Below the pieces are notes generated by a model. The model made no database searches. It was not told the DNA's origin and was given only the letters and a program-made list of their open reading frames with translations. A DNA stretch of 64,000 nucleotides from Balanoglossus misakiensis (lineage: Eukaryota; Animalia; Hemichordata), in NCBI GenBank assembly GCA_040954595.2, contig CM082588.2, positions 980,613 through 1,044,612 of the forward strand, in the 5' to 3' direction. The position numbers and the translations under genes were made by a program. Every line of letters begins with the position of its first letter. The stretch's first letter is position 1. Of the stretch, positions 63,724 through 64,000 are shown one piece after another.

Positions 63724-64000
63724 CTGAAACAAAGCAAAAGACAGCAGCGCACCAAATTTGAGACTGTGCTTGTTTGCAGGAGTCACATTGTTTGAAAATT
63801 GTGGACCTCTTTCCCGAATGGTAACCAATTAAAGGACATATGCTTTATTTTTAATCTCATAAGGCGTATTATTAATGTAGACTCCTTCGATTTAGCGTCT
63901 ATCGCAGTTTGATGTTAATTTGTAAGTATCACAAGATAGAGTAGACACATTTTTTCTGGCAATGTGTTGCATGTTCGAGATTTAGATGTCGTCGGAAGTT

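Noticed and set aside
1-64000. CRISPR arrays, operons, transposase or reverse transcriptase ORFs, rRNA/tRNA
   Set aside because: None seen. The repeats are simple microsatellites and all long coding segments belong to spliced eukaryotic genes.

Overview
This is AT-rich animal genomic DNA with compact introns, from an invertebrate bilaterian; a marine deuterostome is my guess, not shown. There is no prokaryotic content, CRISPR array, rRNA or tRNA. I reconstructed ten spliced genes by eye from splice sites and recalled protein similarity, with no database search. In order: SUPT3H (+, 5'-partial), FANCE (-), a secreted collagen-C1q gene (+) nested antisense in a FANCE intron, DNAJB13 (-) head-to-head with CFAP47 (+, about 48 exons), an ankyrin-repeat protein with a split SOCS-box-like tail (-) head-to-head with spermine synthase SMS (+, two minor-spliceosome introns, one AT-AC), an atypical DUSP (-), NUS1 (+), and an ADGRD1-like adhesion GPCR (-, 5'-partial). 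The most intriguing part is the first 11.6 kb. It is the unusually large SUPT3H intron that precedes the 85-nt exon, and the orthologous vertebrate intron hosts the antisense RUNX2 distal (P1) promoter. Here it is dense in RUNX, AP-1, ZNF143 and RFX motifs. It also contains a candidate antisense first coding mini-exon (perfect Kozak, METIAVE, phase-1 donor). That this is an invertebrate Runx P1-like exon is a hypothesis: no Runt domain is visible in the window.
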